IMG/VR virus record: IMGVR_UViG_3300042541_001760
Location: 62,001-126,000 of that record
DNA: 64,000 nt
Direction: 5' to 3' (one strand)
In this document: in pieces, positions 26,779 through 37,711 of the stretch
Layout: each line of letters opens with the position of its first letter
Position numbering within the stretch: position 1 is the first letter of the stretch
Made by a program: the position numbers and the translations under genes
Notes under the pieces: model-generated
The model's input: the letters and a program-made list of their open reading frames with translations, nothing else
Told to the model about the DNA's origin: nothing
The model's database searches: none

Positions 26779-29318
26779 AAAAACTACTTATATCACTTAA
26801 TTTAATATTACTTTCGTTTGTTGGGTTCTCCCAAAATGATTGTATGGGATTTCAAAGTTCGATTGTTAATCCCTTACCTGTTGGTGGGGGTTATGCTCCC
26901 GGAACTGTGGTTCAATATTGTGTTACATACAATAATTGGAATACTAATTTAGGTGCTAATTGGTGTGAAGGATTTAACATTACAATCGGACCTGGTTGGG
27001 TACCGGGTTCAATAACTTCAGTAACCCTACCAAATAACTTAAATGGTGGAAATGGTCAATGGTTGTGGGTTCCGGGGACATTTAATGGAGATCCAGGTTC
27101 ATCAGGTGGTGCGGGAAATAACTTTGGACCGGGGTTCTTTTTTGATGAAGATAGTGATGGTATAACTAATAATGATTGGGGTGATTTTGGAACAGGTCCT
27201 TGGACTTTTTGTTTTAGTGTTACGGCAGGCGCGGTGGCAGGAACATCATTATCTTTACAGGTCTCACCCGTTAGTGATGGGTATGCCGGAAGTTGGGGTA
27301 ACGCAGGGTGTAACGGAGAATATCAATATCAATTATCACCCGGTAGTACGGTATTAGGTTGTATTGTTCCACCTCTTGTAACACAATCATCAGTTACCGA
27401 CGCTACTTGTAGTGGATTCGCTGATGGATCCTTTAATGTTGTGGGGTCAAATGGGGTCTCTCCTTACACTTATTATGTAAATGGTGTCGTAACACCAATG
27501 CCTGTAAATAATGTCCTTGCGGGGGTTTATGTGGTGTCTTGTGAAGATGATAATGGGTGTGTTAGTTTACCAATCAATGTTACCGTGGGTGAAAACACAA
27601 CGGTGGTTAATAATACCTCACAATTACAAGATAATGTTTGTTTTGGGGAATCCAATGGTAGTTTTACAATAAGTTCTGTTAATGGTTTATTACCTTACAC
27701 ATATACCTTAAACGGTGGTTCAAATAACACGGGAACATTCACGAACTTAACCGCAGGAAATTATGTTGTAAATGTTTCGGATGATAATGGTTGTAATACC
27801 AATCACAATGTAACTATAACCGAACCAACCCAACTAACAAACACGATACCCGTTATAACTGACATTGATTGTTTCGGAAATACTAATGGAACAATATCGG
27901 TTACCGCAAATAACGGAACACCACCTTATATATACACCTTAAATGGGGTAACAAATAACACAGGTAGTTTTACAAACTTGGGTGCGGGTACTTACTCTAT
28001 GGATATCACCGACGATAACGGTTGTCAGATAATCATCCCAAGTATTGTTGTGTCAGGTCCGGCTCAACCATTACAAGGTAATCTATCTACGGTACAACCA
28101 ACTTGTTTTGGGTATTCAGATGGGTCAATATCGTCAGTTGTTATTGGTGGAACTCCTCCATATACTTATCTTTGGAATAACTTACAAATAACGTCACTAA
28201 TAACCAATTTATCTTCGGGGTGGTACCAAGTTGTGGTAACTGACGATAATCTTTGTCAGACAACATTAACTCATCAATTGGGTCAGCCTATGAGGATTGA
28301 TTTAACTGGTATTAATTCAGAGGTTATTTGTTTTGGTGAGGATGTTTACATATCGGTTAGTCAGATAAATGCCGTTACACCATATAATATTGTTTGGGCT
28401 AATTCAGTAAACGCAACAACTAACAATAATGATATTTGGGTTGTTCCCCCATCCGATGTAACTTATACATCAACACTAACTGATAATAATGGTTGTATGG
28501 CAACACATAATTTTAATGTTACTGTAAATCCATTACCTGACCCATCCTTCACCCAAAGTGATATAACAGGATGTAATCCCAAGTGTATTGATTTCTCAAT
28601 TATAAACCCTAACCCTAATTATATTTACGATTGGACTATGGGTACTGGATCTGATCGTAGTGGTGACATCATTAAATATTGTTATCCTATGGATGGTACC
28701 TATGATGTCAGAGTAATTGCCACCACAAATTTGGGATGTAAGGATACCTTATTTAAACCTAATCATATTATAATTAATCTGTCACCTGTTGCTCAATTTT
28801 CAATATCACCTGAGAGTGTAACTGACATTATGTCACCTTATTTTGAATTTGGTAACCTATCTAAGGACGCGATGTCATATTTTTGGAGTTTTGACGATTC
28901 TCAGACATCAATAGATGAAAATACCGAACATACTTATATTTCTCCTGGTGAGTATTGCGTTAAATTAATTGCCACCACAACTTTTAGTTCGGGAATACCA
29001 ACTTGTGTTGATTCTATTATTAATTGTGTCACCATTAATCCATTATCAGTTTTATATATACCAAATGCGTTTACACCAAATGGTGATAATACCAATGATT
29101 ACTTTTATGTTAGTTCGTCAAGGATATATGATTATCATTTAACAATTTATAATAAGTGGGGTACTAAAATATTCCAAACATACGATTTGGATGCCACTTG
29201 GGACGGTACTTATGGTACAAGTATTGTAGAGGATGGTGTGTATTCTTATTTTGTGAGTTATAGGGATGTGGAAATGAGAAAATACGCAAAAAACGGTACG
29301 TTAACTGTATTAAAATAA
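26775..29318 (+). CDS. SprB-repeat/PKD surface protein with T9SS type-B (gliding-motility-associated) C-terminal domain
   Basis: Signal peptide MKKLLISL, repeats C.G..NG.I......G..PY.Y, PKD motifs, C-terminal IPNAFTPNGDNTNDYF...IYNKWG...WDG. Confidence 0.85.
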   Translation: MKKLLISLNLILLSFVGFSQNDCMGFQSSIVNPLPVGGGYAPGTVVQYCVTYNNWNTNLGANWCEGFNITIGPGWVPGSITSVTLPNNLNGGNGQWLWVPGTFNGDPGSSGGAGNNFGPGFFFDEDSDGITNNDWGDFGTGPWTFCFSVTAGAVAGTSLSLQVSPVSDGYAGSWGNAGCNGEYQYQLSPGSTVLGCIVPPLVTQSSVTDATCSGFADGSFNVVGSNGVSPYTYYVNGVVTPMPVNNVLAGVYVVSCEDDNGCVSLPINVTVGENTTVVNNTSQLQDNVCFGESNGSFTISSVNGLLPYTYTLNGGSNNTGTFTNLTAGNYVVNVSDDNGCNTNHNVTITEPTQLTNTIPVITDIDCFGNTNGTISVTANNGTPPYIYTLNGVTNNTGSFTNLGAGTYSMDITDDNGCQIIIPSIVVSGPAQPLQGNLSTVQPTCFGYSDGSISSVVIGGTPPYTYLWNNLQITSLITNLSSGWYQVVVTDDNLCQTTLTHQLGQPMRIDLTGINSEVICFGEDVYISVSQINAVTPYNIVWANSVNATTNNNDIWVVPPSDVTYTSTLTDNNGCMATHNFNVTVNPLPDPSFTQSDITGCNPKCIDFSIINPNPNYIYDWTMGTGSDRSGDIIKYCYPMDGTYDVRVIATTNLGCKDTLFKPNHIIINLSPVAQFSISPESVTDIMSPYFEFGNLSKDAMSYFWSFDDSQTSIDENTEHTYISPGEYCVKLIATTTFSSGIPTCVDSIINCVTINPLSVLYIPNAFTPNGDNTNDYFYVSSSRIYDYHLTIYNKWGTKIFQTYDLDATWDGTYGTSIVEDGVYSYFVSYRDVEMRKYAKNGTLTVLK

Positions 29319-29411
29319 AAGGGTATCTCTCGATACCCTTTTATTAGATTTGGAACACCCCCCTTTCTTAGATGTTTATACTAAACAGACCTCAAGTCCG
29401 AAAAGTCACAT

Positions 29412-30017
29412 TTACGATAAAGCCTTTGACTTCATCTCGGAAAATTTCTTCTCCATTTTTGATCCGATTTTGTCCAATAAAGGACAAATCATTGTTTTTA
29501 AATCTGATTTAAAAGACCTTTCAAAATTATTTATATAAATCTCATCTGATAGCCCCATATTACTAATAACTTGTTTTGATAAAACTTCACAGAAATGATT
29601 ACAATCTGAAAATAATTTTGCAGTTTCTTCAGGACTTACTTCGTCTGTAATTTTTTTAATTGAACTACTTAAAATTGAATCCGATTTTAATTTTAATTTC
29701 TCAATCAAGAAATCCGCTGAAGCCGTTCTAAAAGCGTTTGTTATTTGAGTTCCTCCACCATCTTTAAATAAAGTATTAAAAAGGTCTAATAGACTCTCAT
29801 TAATTAATTCATTATTGTGGTTTAAAGTTCTTAATTTAACAGATTCTTTAATCACGCTAGAATATAATTTAATCATTTCATTTTTAGTTTTAACGTTAGA
29901 CGACTCCAATATAATGTTAAATCTATTTTTGATTATATTAGACTCTTGTATTAAACTACTTTTAGTTTCTTTAACCTCTAAAAGATTTTTTCTTATTGTC
30001 TTACTTAAATTTCTCAT
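29412..30017 (-). CDS. Hypothetical protein with leader motif
   Basis: MRNLSKTIRKNLLE; multiple ILE/INE sites. Confidence 0.7.
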   Translation of the reverse strand: MRNLSKTIRKNLLEVKETKSSLIQESNIIKNRFNIILESSNVKTKNEMIKLYSSVIKESVKLRTLNHNNELINESLLDLFNTLFKDGGGTQITNAFRTASADFLIEKLKLKSDSILSSSIKKITDEVSPEETAKLFSDCNHFCEVLSKQVISNMGLSDEIYINNFERSFKSDLKTMICPLLDKIGSKMEKKFSEMKSKALS

Positions 30018-30038
30018 ATCTTTATATAAATACTTTTA

Positions 30039-31814
30039 TTAATCTCTAAATCCGTATATACCCACACGTTTTTTTCTTGATGCCCATATATTGTCAAGAC
30101 TATTATCGGTTGCGAAATGGAATTTATGTTGGGTTTTACAACGAGTTATGTATTGCTTAGCAATATCTATCGACACTTCACTTTGAACAGGATATTTTTT
30201 ATCTGAAGCGTTTTTATACATATTAATTAATTCTCTACAAGTTTTCTTAACCGTAATTGGATTTTTAAGTTCATTGTAATTTTTCTCTATATAACTGTTA
30301 AACTCCTGTGCCGTGCCGGTGAAGGTTGCCTTAACCGACATACAATAAGGTGTTGTAAATATGGTTGAGTGTTTTTCGTGAAGTTTTACAAAAAATAAAA
30401 TATCATTGGTTTGTGATGTATTACACGGAACTGCGATATATCCTTTATCGGTATATTGTGTAATTATTTGTTTTTGTTGTGGTTTTTCAATAGTCACTTC
30501 ACTTGTTTGCTTATAAACAAAGTCTTTTTTAGGTTCAGTAAATAAGGAAGGATTACCATATATTTTATCACTATTTAAATCTATAACGTCATATTTACCT
30601 AGATTCACCTCAATAGTATCTGCGGTTAAAGAAAGACCGTGAGTAGTTACTAATTTATCTTTATATTCTGTTTTTTTAGTATCCAATTCAGAGTCTTGTA
30701 TCTTTTTTAACTCGGCATCCTTAGTTTGTATAGCCGTAAGGTACGGTTCTCTAGTTTTAACAATTTGTTCTTTAATTGACGGTCTACCCGTTTTATTCAT
30801 TATATCTAACCATCTCTTAATTGATTCATTTAATGAATCTTCAATATTTAATGAATACTCCCCTTTAAACTCAGGGGTACTAAAAGTACCATCTGTATAT
30901 TCTAAATACATAGGTTCATTACCATTTTTAGGTGGGAAAAATCTAAATCCTCGTCCGTCTATTATTTTTTCATAAACTGTTAATGGAAATCCACCAATCG
31001 GATATTCTTTCATTTCACCTTCACTAAAAGATGCTTTATTTTTGTCCATCCAATTATTTCTTTCCTCATTTGGATTTTTTTCTTGAACGATTACCTCACC
31101 ACTTATAAATAAATTTATTAACTTTTTACCATTGATTTTGTGTTCTGCTGCGGTTTTTATATGAACACTATTACATTTACCTTTTGTACTCAATTTTTTG
31201 TCGTCTATGTCAACAGGTAAACCTGGTATGTTCGCGGCTATTTCAGGATAATTCTCATTAACCCAAAGTCTGAATTCGTTAGCCTGTTTTTTATCTTTGA
31301 ATGGTTTACAATCTACGGGAGTTGGGTTATCTAAATCTACCCATTTTTCAGTATCACTTCTCCATTCTTCATTATCACTAACCGTATGACACACCAAAAC
31401 ACCACCTTCACAACGCCAAGTACCAATAAAATCTGTATTACCACTAATTTCATAATAAACGAATCTACCAGTAGGTTGGAAATAATACTCTGACTCAACA
31501 GGGGTTTCCATATAAAATTTAACTTGGTATTCCTCCGACCCTGTAGAATTTGATAAAGTTTTACCTTTATCCTTTACGTATTTATTTAAACATGAAGCAC
31601 CATCTGCGGTTAACCATTCCGGTAAACTCGTTGATGGTGTCGGTGCGGTTTTTCTTTTTTTATAGAACTTATCATCATCACATTTTTTTACAATCCAAGT
31701 TTTACCTCCTTGGGTATATTCTTCTCCGTCTGTTTTTTTGGTAGGTGGAGCTAGTATCCAACCCTCAGATTTTGGGCAATTAGTTGAGTCTTCCAACAAT
31801 AATTTATTTCTCAT
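30039..31814 (-). CDS. Hypothetical protein (591 aa)
   Basis: MRNKLLLE leader; TATTTATA upstream. Confidence 0.75.
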   Translation of the reverse strand: MRNKLLLEDSTNCPKSEGWILAPPTKKTDGEEYTQGGKTWIVKKCDDDKFYKKRKTAPTPSTSLPEWLTADGASCLNKYVKDKGKTLSNSTGSEEYQVKFYMETPVESEYYFQPTGRFVYYEISGNTDFIGTWRCEGGVLVCHTVSDNEEWRSDTEKWVDLDNPTPVDCKPFKDKKQANEFRLWVNENYPEIAANIPGLPVDIDDKKLSTKGKCNSVHIKTAAEHKINGKKLINLFISGEVIVQEKNPNEERNNWMDKNKASFSEGEMKEYPIGGFPLTVYEKIIDGRGFRFFPPKNGNEPMYLEYTDGTFSTPEFKGEYSLNIEDSLNESIKRWLDIMNKTGRPSIKEQIVKTREPYLTAIQTKDAELKKIQDSELDTKKTEYKDKLVTTHGLSLTADTIEVNLGKYDVIDLNSDKIYGNPSLFTEPKKDFVYKQTSEVTIEKPQQKQIITQYTDKGYIAVPCNTSQTNDILFFVKLHEKHSTIFTTPYCMSVKATFTGTAQEFNSYIEKNYNELKNPITVKKTCRELINMYKNASDKKYPVQSEVSIDIAKQYITRCKTQHKFHFATDNSLDNIWASRKKRVGIYGFRD

Positions 31815-31848
31815 ATTTCTTATATATAAATATCACTAATTAATTTTA

Positions 31849-34038
31849 TTATTTCATTATATCCCATATATTATCTTTATATTGATAACCATGACCATCA
31901 GAATCCTCACCATATGGTATATTGTCATAAACCTGATGAGTCCCCTCCTCATATGTTTTACCTATAGTTGATAAATATGATTTGAAATCGTCTACGTCAC
32001 CTGGTTTTTTAGGAATTGTAGGTGTTGTTTGATTATTCGATTCTTCCTCTTTTTTCACCCACCTAAGATTCTCATATTTATATACAACTCCTTCACTATC
32101 CATCGCGTAAGGGGGATTGCCATTCATCATTGGGAAATATGAGTCTTCTCCATAACTTCTTGGAGGATCCATACTTGCTAAGTAATCAAAGAATTCTTTT
32201 AATATCTTTTCGTTAACCTTCATTTCAGCTTCGGTCCAATTTTCACTCCAAGATTTTCTCATTGATTCGTTAGCCTTTGAAAGTTTTTCAGCGGCCTCTT
32301 TTAATTTCTCCTCTCCCTGAGCAATCATCTCGTCAATTTGTTTTTCAAAAGTGGATTTTTTATTCAAATCTAGATTATCTATTACTCCCACAACTAAATT
32401 TGAAATATCACCTATCATACCTGGGCTTAATTTCCAAATTTCCGTTGCGTTCTTTGCCTTTGTATTTTCGTCAGACACATCAGGTAAGTTTTCTGACCCA
32501 AACGGATTAATTTGTCTCCACCAACCACCGAAAAAACCGCCAGTTTCTTGAGGTATATTTGATGGAGAATAATCCATTGAGTAATCCGCAACAAGTCTGT
32601 ATAATCTACTATTATTAATTTTTTTACAAGCTTCTGAATTAGTATCATTCGATTTAATACACGCTTGAACATCAGGATTCATCCACACATAAGCGGCTGC
32701 ATTTTTTACCGTTATAAGAAAACCTACATAAACGTGCCACTTAAAGAAATTCGTAATTAAATCTCTATAATATACTGTTTTAGCTCCCCTTAATCCATAT
32801 TTAATAATAATATCTTTATAATATTCATTTGTCATAGTTGGAAATCCACGTCTACTACCCGTTTGAATATTCTTCAAAAAACTTGTTTTTGCTTCTGGAA
32901 CCGTTAATATTTTTTTTCGCGAAACCCAATTAACGATTTTATAACTTCGTATAATATCTGATTCAAACATGAGTTTCAGATCTGTTGTTAAAGATCCCCA
33001 AAATCTTTTAAAGACTGGCATGTACTCAGCGACTTTACCAAAAGTTTTATAAAATTCCCATTCACTATCACCTGATTTAATTGATTGCCAAGCATCCCTC
33101 CAATCTTTATTGACTTTTGCAACATCATCAAAATATTTTCTGATATAAACAAAATAATTGGTGCTATTTCTATATAACCATTCCAATTCTTTCTTTAATC
33201 TATCTTCTAGTTTGGCTTGAAGTTCTACTTCTTTACCTTCTTTTTTATATGACTCTAATTGTTTGGCTATTCGTTGTATTTTTTGAATTTTAGATTTTTT
33301 TGGCGCCCACATGTTCTTTAATTTATCAAAAAAATCATCTAAAAAGTTAGGGTCTAATAATTTGGGTAAATTACTTGGTAAAGGAACACTATCCCAATTC
33401 GAAATATCCCAAATTTTCTTATACTCCGTTTCGGGTATATTATCAACAACATCATCAATAACCGTTTCAGGTACCACATCATCTACCACATCATCCGCAG
33501 GTTTTGGTTTAGGTTCTATAACATCATCTGCATCTTTTCTTATTTTATCTAATTTAGTACGTAAAGAATCTCTCAATTTTTTTTTAGCTAATTCATCCAT
33601 AATATCATCGCCTGTGTTTGGTGGAAAATCATCCGCCATCATTTTCAATATCGATTCATCATCGGATCCTCTATCAATAGCAGCTCTCATAAAATCATCT
33701 GTATCCTTAGCCACCGCAATATCATCAATTTGTTTTCGTACTTGGTCTGTGAATTTACTACGCATCAGAATATCTATCTCATTTCTCATTAAAACATCCG
33801 ACTTTTTCCAAAAATCGTCTATTATCTCCGCTTTCGCTTTTGGGGTACTAGCATTTTCTAATTTATTAACAAATTCTTCTGCGGCTTGTTTTACACCCCT
33901 TTTTTCTCCCGCTACGATTATCCCTTGTATAAAATCATCTATAAAACTTTGTTCCATCAATAGGTTTTTTTTCACACCCATAATTTCCCTTATTCTATTT
34001 AATTCCTCATTTAGATATTTTTTTTGATTTTTCATCAT
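31849..34038 (-). CDS. Hypothetical protein (729 aa), possible virion internal protein
   Basis: LNEELNRIREIMG...LLMEQ leader. Confidence 0.75.
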   Translation of the reverse strand: MMKNQKKYLNEELNRIREIMGVKKNLLMEQSFIDDFIQGIIVAGEKRGVKQAAEEFVNKLENASTPKAKAEIIDDFWKKSDVLMRNEIDILMRSKFTDQVRKQIDDIAVAKDTDDFMRAAIDRGSDDESILKMMADDFPPNTGDDIMDELAKKKLRDSLRTKLDKIRKDADDVIEPKPKPADDVVDDVVPETVIDDVVDNIPETEYKKIWDISNWDSVPLPSNLPKLLDPNFLDDFFDKLKNMWAPKKSKIQKIQRIAKQLESYKKEGKEVELQAKLEDRLKKELEWLYRNSTNYFVYIRKYFDDVAKVNKDWRDAWQSIKSGDSEWEFYKTFGKVAEYMPVFKRFWGSLTTDLKLMFESDIIRSYKIVNWVSRKKILTVPEAKTSFLKNIQTGSRRGFPTMTNEYYKDIIIKYGLRGAKTVYYRDLITNFFKWHVYVGFLITVKNAAAYVWMNPDVQACIKSNDTNSEACKKINNSRLYRLVADYSMDYSPSNIPQETGGFFGGWWRQINPFGSENLPDVSDENTKAKNATEIWKLSPGMIGDISNLVVGVIDNLDLNKKSTFEKQIDEMIAQGEEKLKEAAEKLSKANESMRKSWSENWTEAEMKVNEKILKEFFDYLASMDPPRSYGEDSYFPMMNGNPPYAMDSEGVVYKYENLRWVKKEEESNNQTTPTIPKKPGDVDDFKSYLSTIGKTYEEGTHQVYDNIPYGEDSDGHGYQYKDNIWDIMK

Positions 34039-35455
34039 ATAGTTTTTTTAATTTTTTAATTGTTTCGGAACCCACAATTCCGTCAAATTTTATTAAATCA
34101 TTATCCACTTGGAAATCTATTACGGCATCAAACGTGGATTGACCGAAATCTCCGTCTACGCCATCGCTGTTTTTTCCTGAAGTCCCTAAATTATAATCTA
34201 ACGCCACTAACATTTTTTGTATTTCTTTAACAAGATTATTTTTTTGATTTTTTTGTAAAGTATATTTTCCGTCAATTATCCCTTGTAATGTCATAGGTTC
34301 TGATTTTTTTAAATCAGTGCCAGAAACTCCAAATTTACTCTCCAATCTTTTCAAATACTCAGAATAATCACTTTTTATTTCTAAATCAAAACCTTTCTCT
34401 TCCGCATGTGCGAATAATTCTTCATCAGTCATGTTTTCTTTTAGAAGATACTCTTTGATTTCTTTTTGTCCTTCCTCATTAACATTACCATCTTTATCAA
34501 ATAATTTTTGATATATTGCCCATAAACCCTCTTTAAGTTGGTCGTCCAATGTTCCCGCATATAACGAATCCATTATTTTGGAAAAGGATGCCTTATCTCT
34601 CATTTTTTTTCTGTAGGATTCTGGCGTTGTGTATAATGTCCAAAATTTGTCAACTGTAATTGTGACACCCAAAACTTTTATGACAGTAGAACCTGTCCAT
34701 TTAAATAATTTCATTAAAAATCCTAAAATGGAGCTCAAACTCAATCCCATAAGTTTAGCTCTAAATACAATAAGAGCATTTTTAGTGAATTTTTTTAATA
34801 AAGTAGGTGCCATTTCCTCAACACCATCCCTAAATGCTAAAAGTAATCTTTCTTGTGCCTCAGTTAAACCTTGTTTCCCTGACTTGTATGATTTTATCCA
34901 TTTAGTTAAAGTTTCTGGGGAGGCCTTCTCAAGTAATTTAATAACATCATCACCGTACTTCAAAAACTTAGGTGATTTTTTTAGAATTGTTACTAATTCA
35001 CCTCCAGGTATTAATTGTAAAGCCAACATCATAGTTCCCATGTAAGGGTCCTTCTCCCCGAAGTAAACAATAGCATCCGCAACCCCTACGGCCAATGATG
35101 CCGAAATCATAACACCACCAATAACTTGTGTAAACCCTAATGGAATTAGACTTATCAAACCCCCACCAACAAGTAAACCTAATTCTATGTACGAAGAAGT
35201 TTCATGATCCCAACCTTGTGCCGTTGTTGGATCTGAATAATTACCTTTTTTTCCTCTTTCTTGTGTCTGAATAACATATTGACTATTTGGACCAACCCAA
35301 TCTGATTTTGATCCACAACATTTTTCAGAATATTTACCATCAGGACACTTACAACCTAATTCACTATCCTCACTTATATAGTTCTCCAAAAGTGTTTTAT
35401 TTGAGTTATACCCAATTAGGAATTTTATTCTATTAAAATTTTCTTGATCTTCCAT
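34007..35455 (-). CDS. Membrane-segment protein with C-terminal peptidoglycan-binding domain
   Basis: Gly-rich hydrophobic helices; VKEIQKML..GVDGDFGQST..AVIDFQ..DGIVGSET. Confidence 0.75.
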   Translation of the reverse strand: MEDQENFNRIKFLIGYNSNKTLLENYISEDSELGCKCPDGKYSEKCCGSKSDWVGPNSQYVIQTQERGKKGNYSDPTTAQGWDHETSSYIELGLLVGGGLISLIPLGFTQVIGGVMISASLAVGVADAIVYFGEKDPYMGTMMLALQLIPGGELVTILKKSPKFLKYGDDVIKLLEKASPETLTKWIKSYKSGKQGLTEAQERLLLAFRDGVEEMAPTLLKKFTKNALIVFRAKLMGLSLSSILGFLMKLFKWTGSTVIKVLGVTITVDKFWTLYTTPESYRKKMRDKASFSKIMDSLYAGTLDDQLKEGLWAIYQKLFDKDGNVNEEGQKEIKEYLLKENMTDEELFAHAEEKGFDLEIKSDYSEYLKRLESKFGVSGTDLKKSEPMTLQGIIDGKYTLQKNQKNNLVKEIQKMLVALDYNLGTSGKNSDGVDGDFGQSTFDAVIDFQVDNDLIKFDGIVGSETIKKLKKLYDEKSKKISK

Positions 35456-35523
35456 ATTTTTAAAAAAAATATTATTTAAATAAATAGTTTAATAAAGTAA
35501 AAAACATTACCTTTGTAAAAAAA

Positions 35524-35847
35524 ATGAAAGATATGTTGGACAATTTAGTTATCATAAATAGCGATAAATCGATTAAGCAAATTTGCGAGTCTGAAAAAGT
35601 ATCAGATGTTGAGATTTTCTACATGACCGATAACACATCATTTGTGTCATCAGAGTTTGAGACTTTTGATTCGTACCTCAAAAGAAATGCTGATGTTTAT
35701 TTTAATATGAATATCAATCTCAAAGAAAATTATTTGGTTTTTTTAGGGGAACAGAGAAAAAAATATTTAATGGACGTAAAAAGTAAATCGAAAACTAAAT
35801 CGGTCAATATTTTTGGTTGGACTATATCGTTCTCTAAATCAAAGTAA
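35524..35847 (+). CDS. Hypothetical protein
   Basis: TACCTTTG promoter just upstream. Confidence 0.55.
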   Translation: MKDMLDNLVIINSDKSIKQICESEKVSDVEIFYMTDNTSFVSSEFETFDSYLKRNADVYFNMNINLKENYLVFLGEQRKKYLMDVKSKSKTKSVNIFGWTISFSKSK

Positions 35848-36084
35848 CGTATTCCCCTTCCCCCTCTTTATTGTGTAAAGAGTTGACCATTTTGATTTAG
35901 GATCAATCGTATTTGCTACACCCCTTGTTAATCCTGTCTCCCACTTTGTAACGGCAGGATATCCTTTACCTCCTCCACCACCTGCGTCACCACCTGCGGC
36001 TTCCTGTTCACCCAATTCTGAATCTACCCCATCATTGGTGTTACTTCTCATTAGAGAGATTAATTCGTCAATGTCAAATGTCAT
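35839..36084 (-). CDS. Hypothetical phage protein
   Basis: Start moved to MTFDIDE; KWETGLTRGVAN motif. Confidence 0.6.
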   Translation of the reverse strand: MTFDIDELISLMRSNTNDGVDSELGEQEAAGGDAGGGGGKGYPAVTKWETGLTRGVANTIDPKSKWSTLYTIKRGKGNTLL

Positions 36085-36132
36085 ATGAATAAATATTAGG
36101 ATAATTGAAATAGTTATTATATATTTGTAATT

Positions 36133-36408
36133 ATGAAAACTCATCCACTATATCAAAGTCCAAGATACGATGATAATGAAAATATCCGTAAAAAAGGATA
36201 TAATGAGCGTTGTATTAGTTGTAATAAACCAATGAGACAACAAGATATTAAGTATTATGTTCATATGACAACTGATTGGGTTGCCATTGATAGTGAGAAC
36301 TTATCTTTGATATCTAAATTGGGTTATTCCTCACAGGGGTATTTCCCAATCGGGGGAGAATGTCGTAAGAATATGCCACCAGAATTTATATTCAAGAGAA
36401 TGAAATGA
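36133..36408 (+). CDS. Hypothetical protein (Cys-containing)
   Basis: TATATTTG promoter 5 nt before ATG. Confidence 0.6.
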   Translation: MKTHPLYQSPRYDDNENIRKKGYNERCISCNKPMRQQDIKYYVHMTTDWVAIDSENLSLISKLGYSSQGYFPIGGECRKNMPPEFIFKRMK

Positions 36409-36611
36409 AAAAATATAGATTCTTTTTTCATTATAGACACCAAACAAAGTCAATGTCAATACATTATAGGGGTAAGTGTGTTCCTGTTAAAGAAGTTATC
36501 TGTAATGCTCCGTGTGAGACCAAATGGAATAAGACACAACCTGTGTTGGTAATGCAGGGTTACTCGTCTAATGTTGAATTTATTGAGGATAAAGTAATAA
36601 TTAACGAATAA
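36405..36611 (+). CDS. Hypothetical protein
   Basis: ATGA-coupled ORF. Confidence 0.6.
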   Translation: MKKYRFFFHYRHQTKSMSIHYRGKCVPVKEVICNAPCETKWNKTQPVLVMQGYSSNVEFIEDKVIINE

Positions 36612-36615
36612 AACT

Positions 36616-37122
36616 ATGAAAAATATAATATTACCCCTATTTTGTTGTCTATTATTATGTTCTTGTTTAGAATATGGTCAACCCCCATCTCTTAATCTCC
36701 AAGGAGAATATGTTATTGATATGATAACAGTTTCAAAGATAGATAATACTGTTGAGTTAGGTGATTCTGTGTATTATCCTGGTACAACATACATTAACCC
36801 CAACGATACATACCCAATGGACACAATTCGTTTGGGTATTACCAAGTGGCATTTTGATTACAATGTGTTGTCTATGTCACCCATTGAAAATGGTACAGGT
36901 GGATATACTTGGCAAAGACAATATTATTATGATGTGATTAACTATAACTCTGATTGGGATATGGGTAACATATCATTCAATTGTGAGGGATCAAGACGAG
37001 TATTTAAAATTGTTAATAAGGCGACAGAGAGTTTGACATTACGATCTTCGGGTCAATGGATTTATGGTAATCACGGACCTAATGTGTCGATTACTTTAAA
37101 ATTTACAAGAATAGGTCCTTGA
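36616..37122 (+). CDS. Lipoprotein
   Basis: Lipobox LLLCS-C. Confidence 0.65.
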   Translation: MKNIILPLFCCLLLCSCLEYGQPPSLNLQGEYVIDMITVSKIDNTVELGDSVYYPGTTYINPNDTYPMDTIRLGITKWHFDYNVLSMSPIENGTGGYTWQRQYYYDVINYNSDWDMGNISFNCEGSRRVFKIVNKATESLTLRSSGQWIYGNHGPNVSITLKFTRIGP

Positions 37123-37188
37123 TTTTTTAAAAAAGTTTTGCCATTTAAAAACTAATTTGTATATTTGTAAATATAAAAACTAAACACT

Positions 37189-37701
37189 ATGAAAACTCTA
37201 TTATCATTCATTTTTATTTTTTTTGTTGGTATTTCTTTCTCACAAGATGTTAAACTTATTGAGTTGGAGGTTAATAAATTGTACGAACAATATTCTAAAA
37301 AGAGAAATCACGTAATTAAAACGAGATTGGAACTTGATACTCTTGCTTTTTGCCAGTTAAGGTATTTAGAAACATTAACTGATGTAAATGATATAACTCA
37401 CAAAAATCCTGACCCTAAATTTAAAACTTTTAATACGAGAGTTAATAATTATTTCATAAATCTTATGGGTGAATATTTTGCTGAAGTTATCTCAGGGTCT
37501 TGGAAAAGTAACGGTAATTATATTGACGAAAAAAGTGTCGCTCAAGTGTTATTTAACGCCTTACTTGGATCTCCCGCACATAAAAAAATATTGGATAGTA
37601 GAAAATTTATAAATTACACATTTAAATCATGTAGACTTGAGAATGGTGGTTTTATTTTAATTGGTGTTTTCTCAAGTAATGAACTATTCTTTTGGAGATA
37701 A
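37189..37701 (+). CDS. Exported CAP/SCP-domain protein
   Basis: Signal peptide; H..., AEVI, ALLGSPAHKKIL. Confidence 0.65.
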   Translation: MKTLLSFIFIFFVGISFSQDVKLIELEVNKLYEQYSKKRNHVIKTRLELDTLAFCQLRYLETLTDVNDITHKNPDPKFKTFNTRVNNYFINLMGEYFAEVISGSWKSNGNYIDEKSVAQVLFNALLGSPAHKKILDSRKFINYTFKSCRLENGGFILIGVFSSNELFFWR

Positions 37702-37711
37702 CATTATTTTA

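Noticed and set aside
33311-35045. Long plus-strand ORFs (238 and 138 aa)
   Set aside because: Antisense shadows of the minus-strand genes, with Ser/Phe/Ile-rich composition typical of reverse frames.
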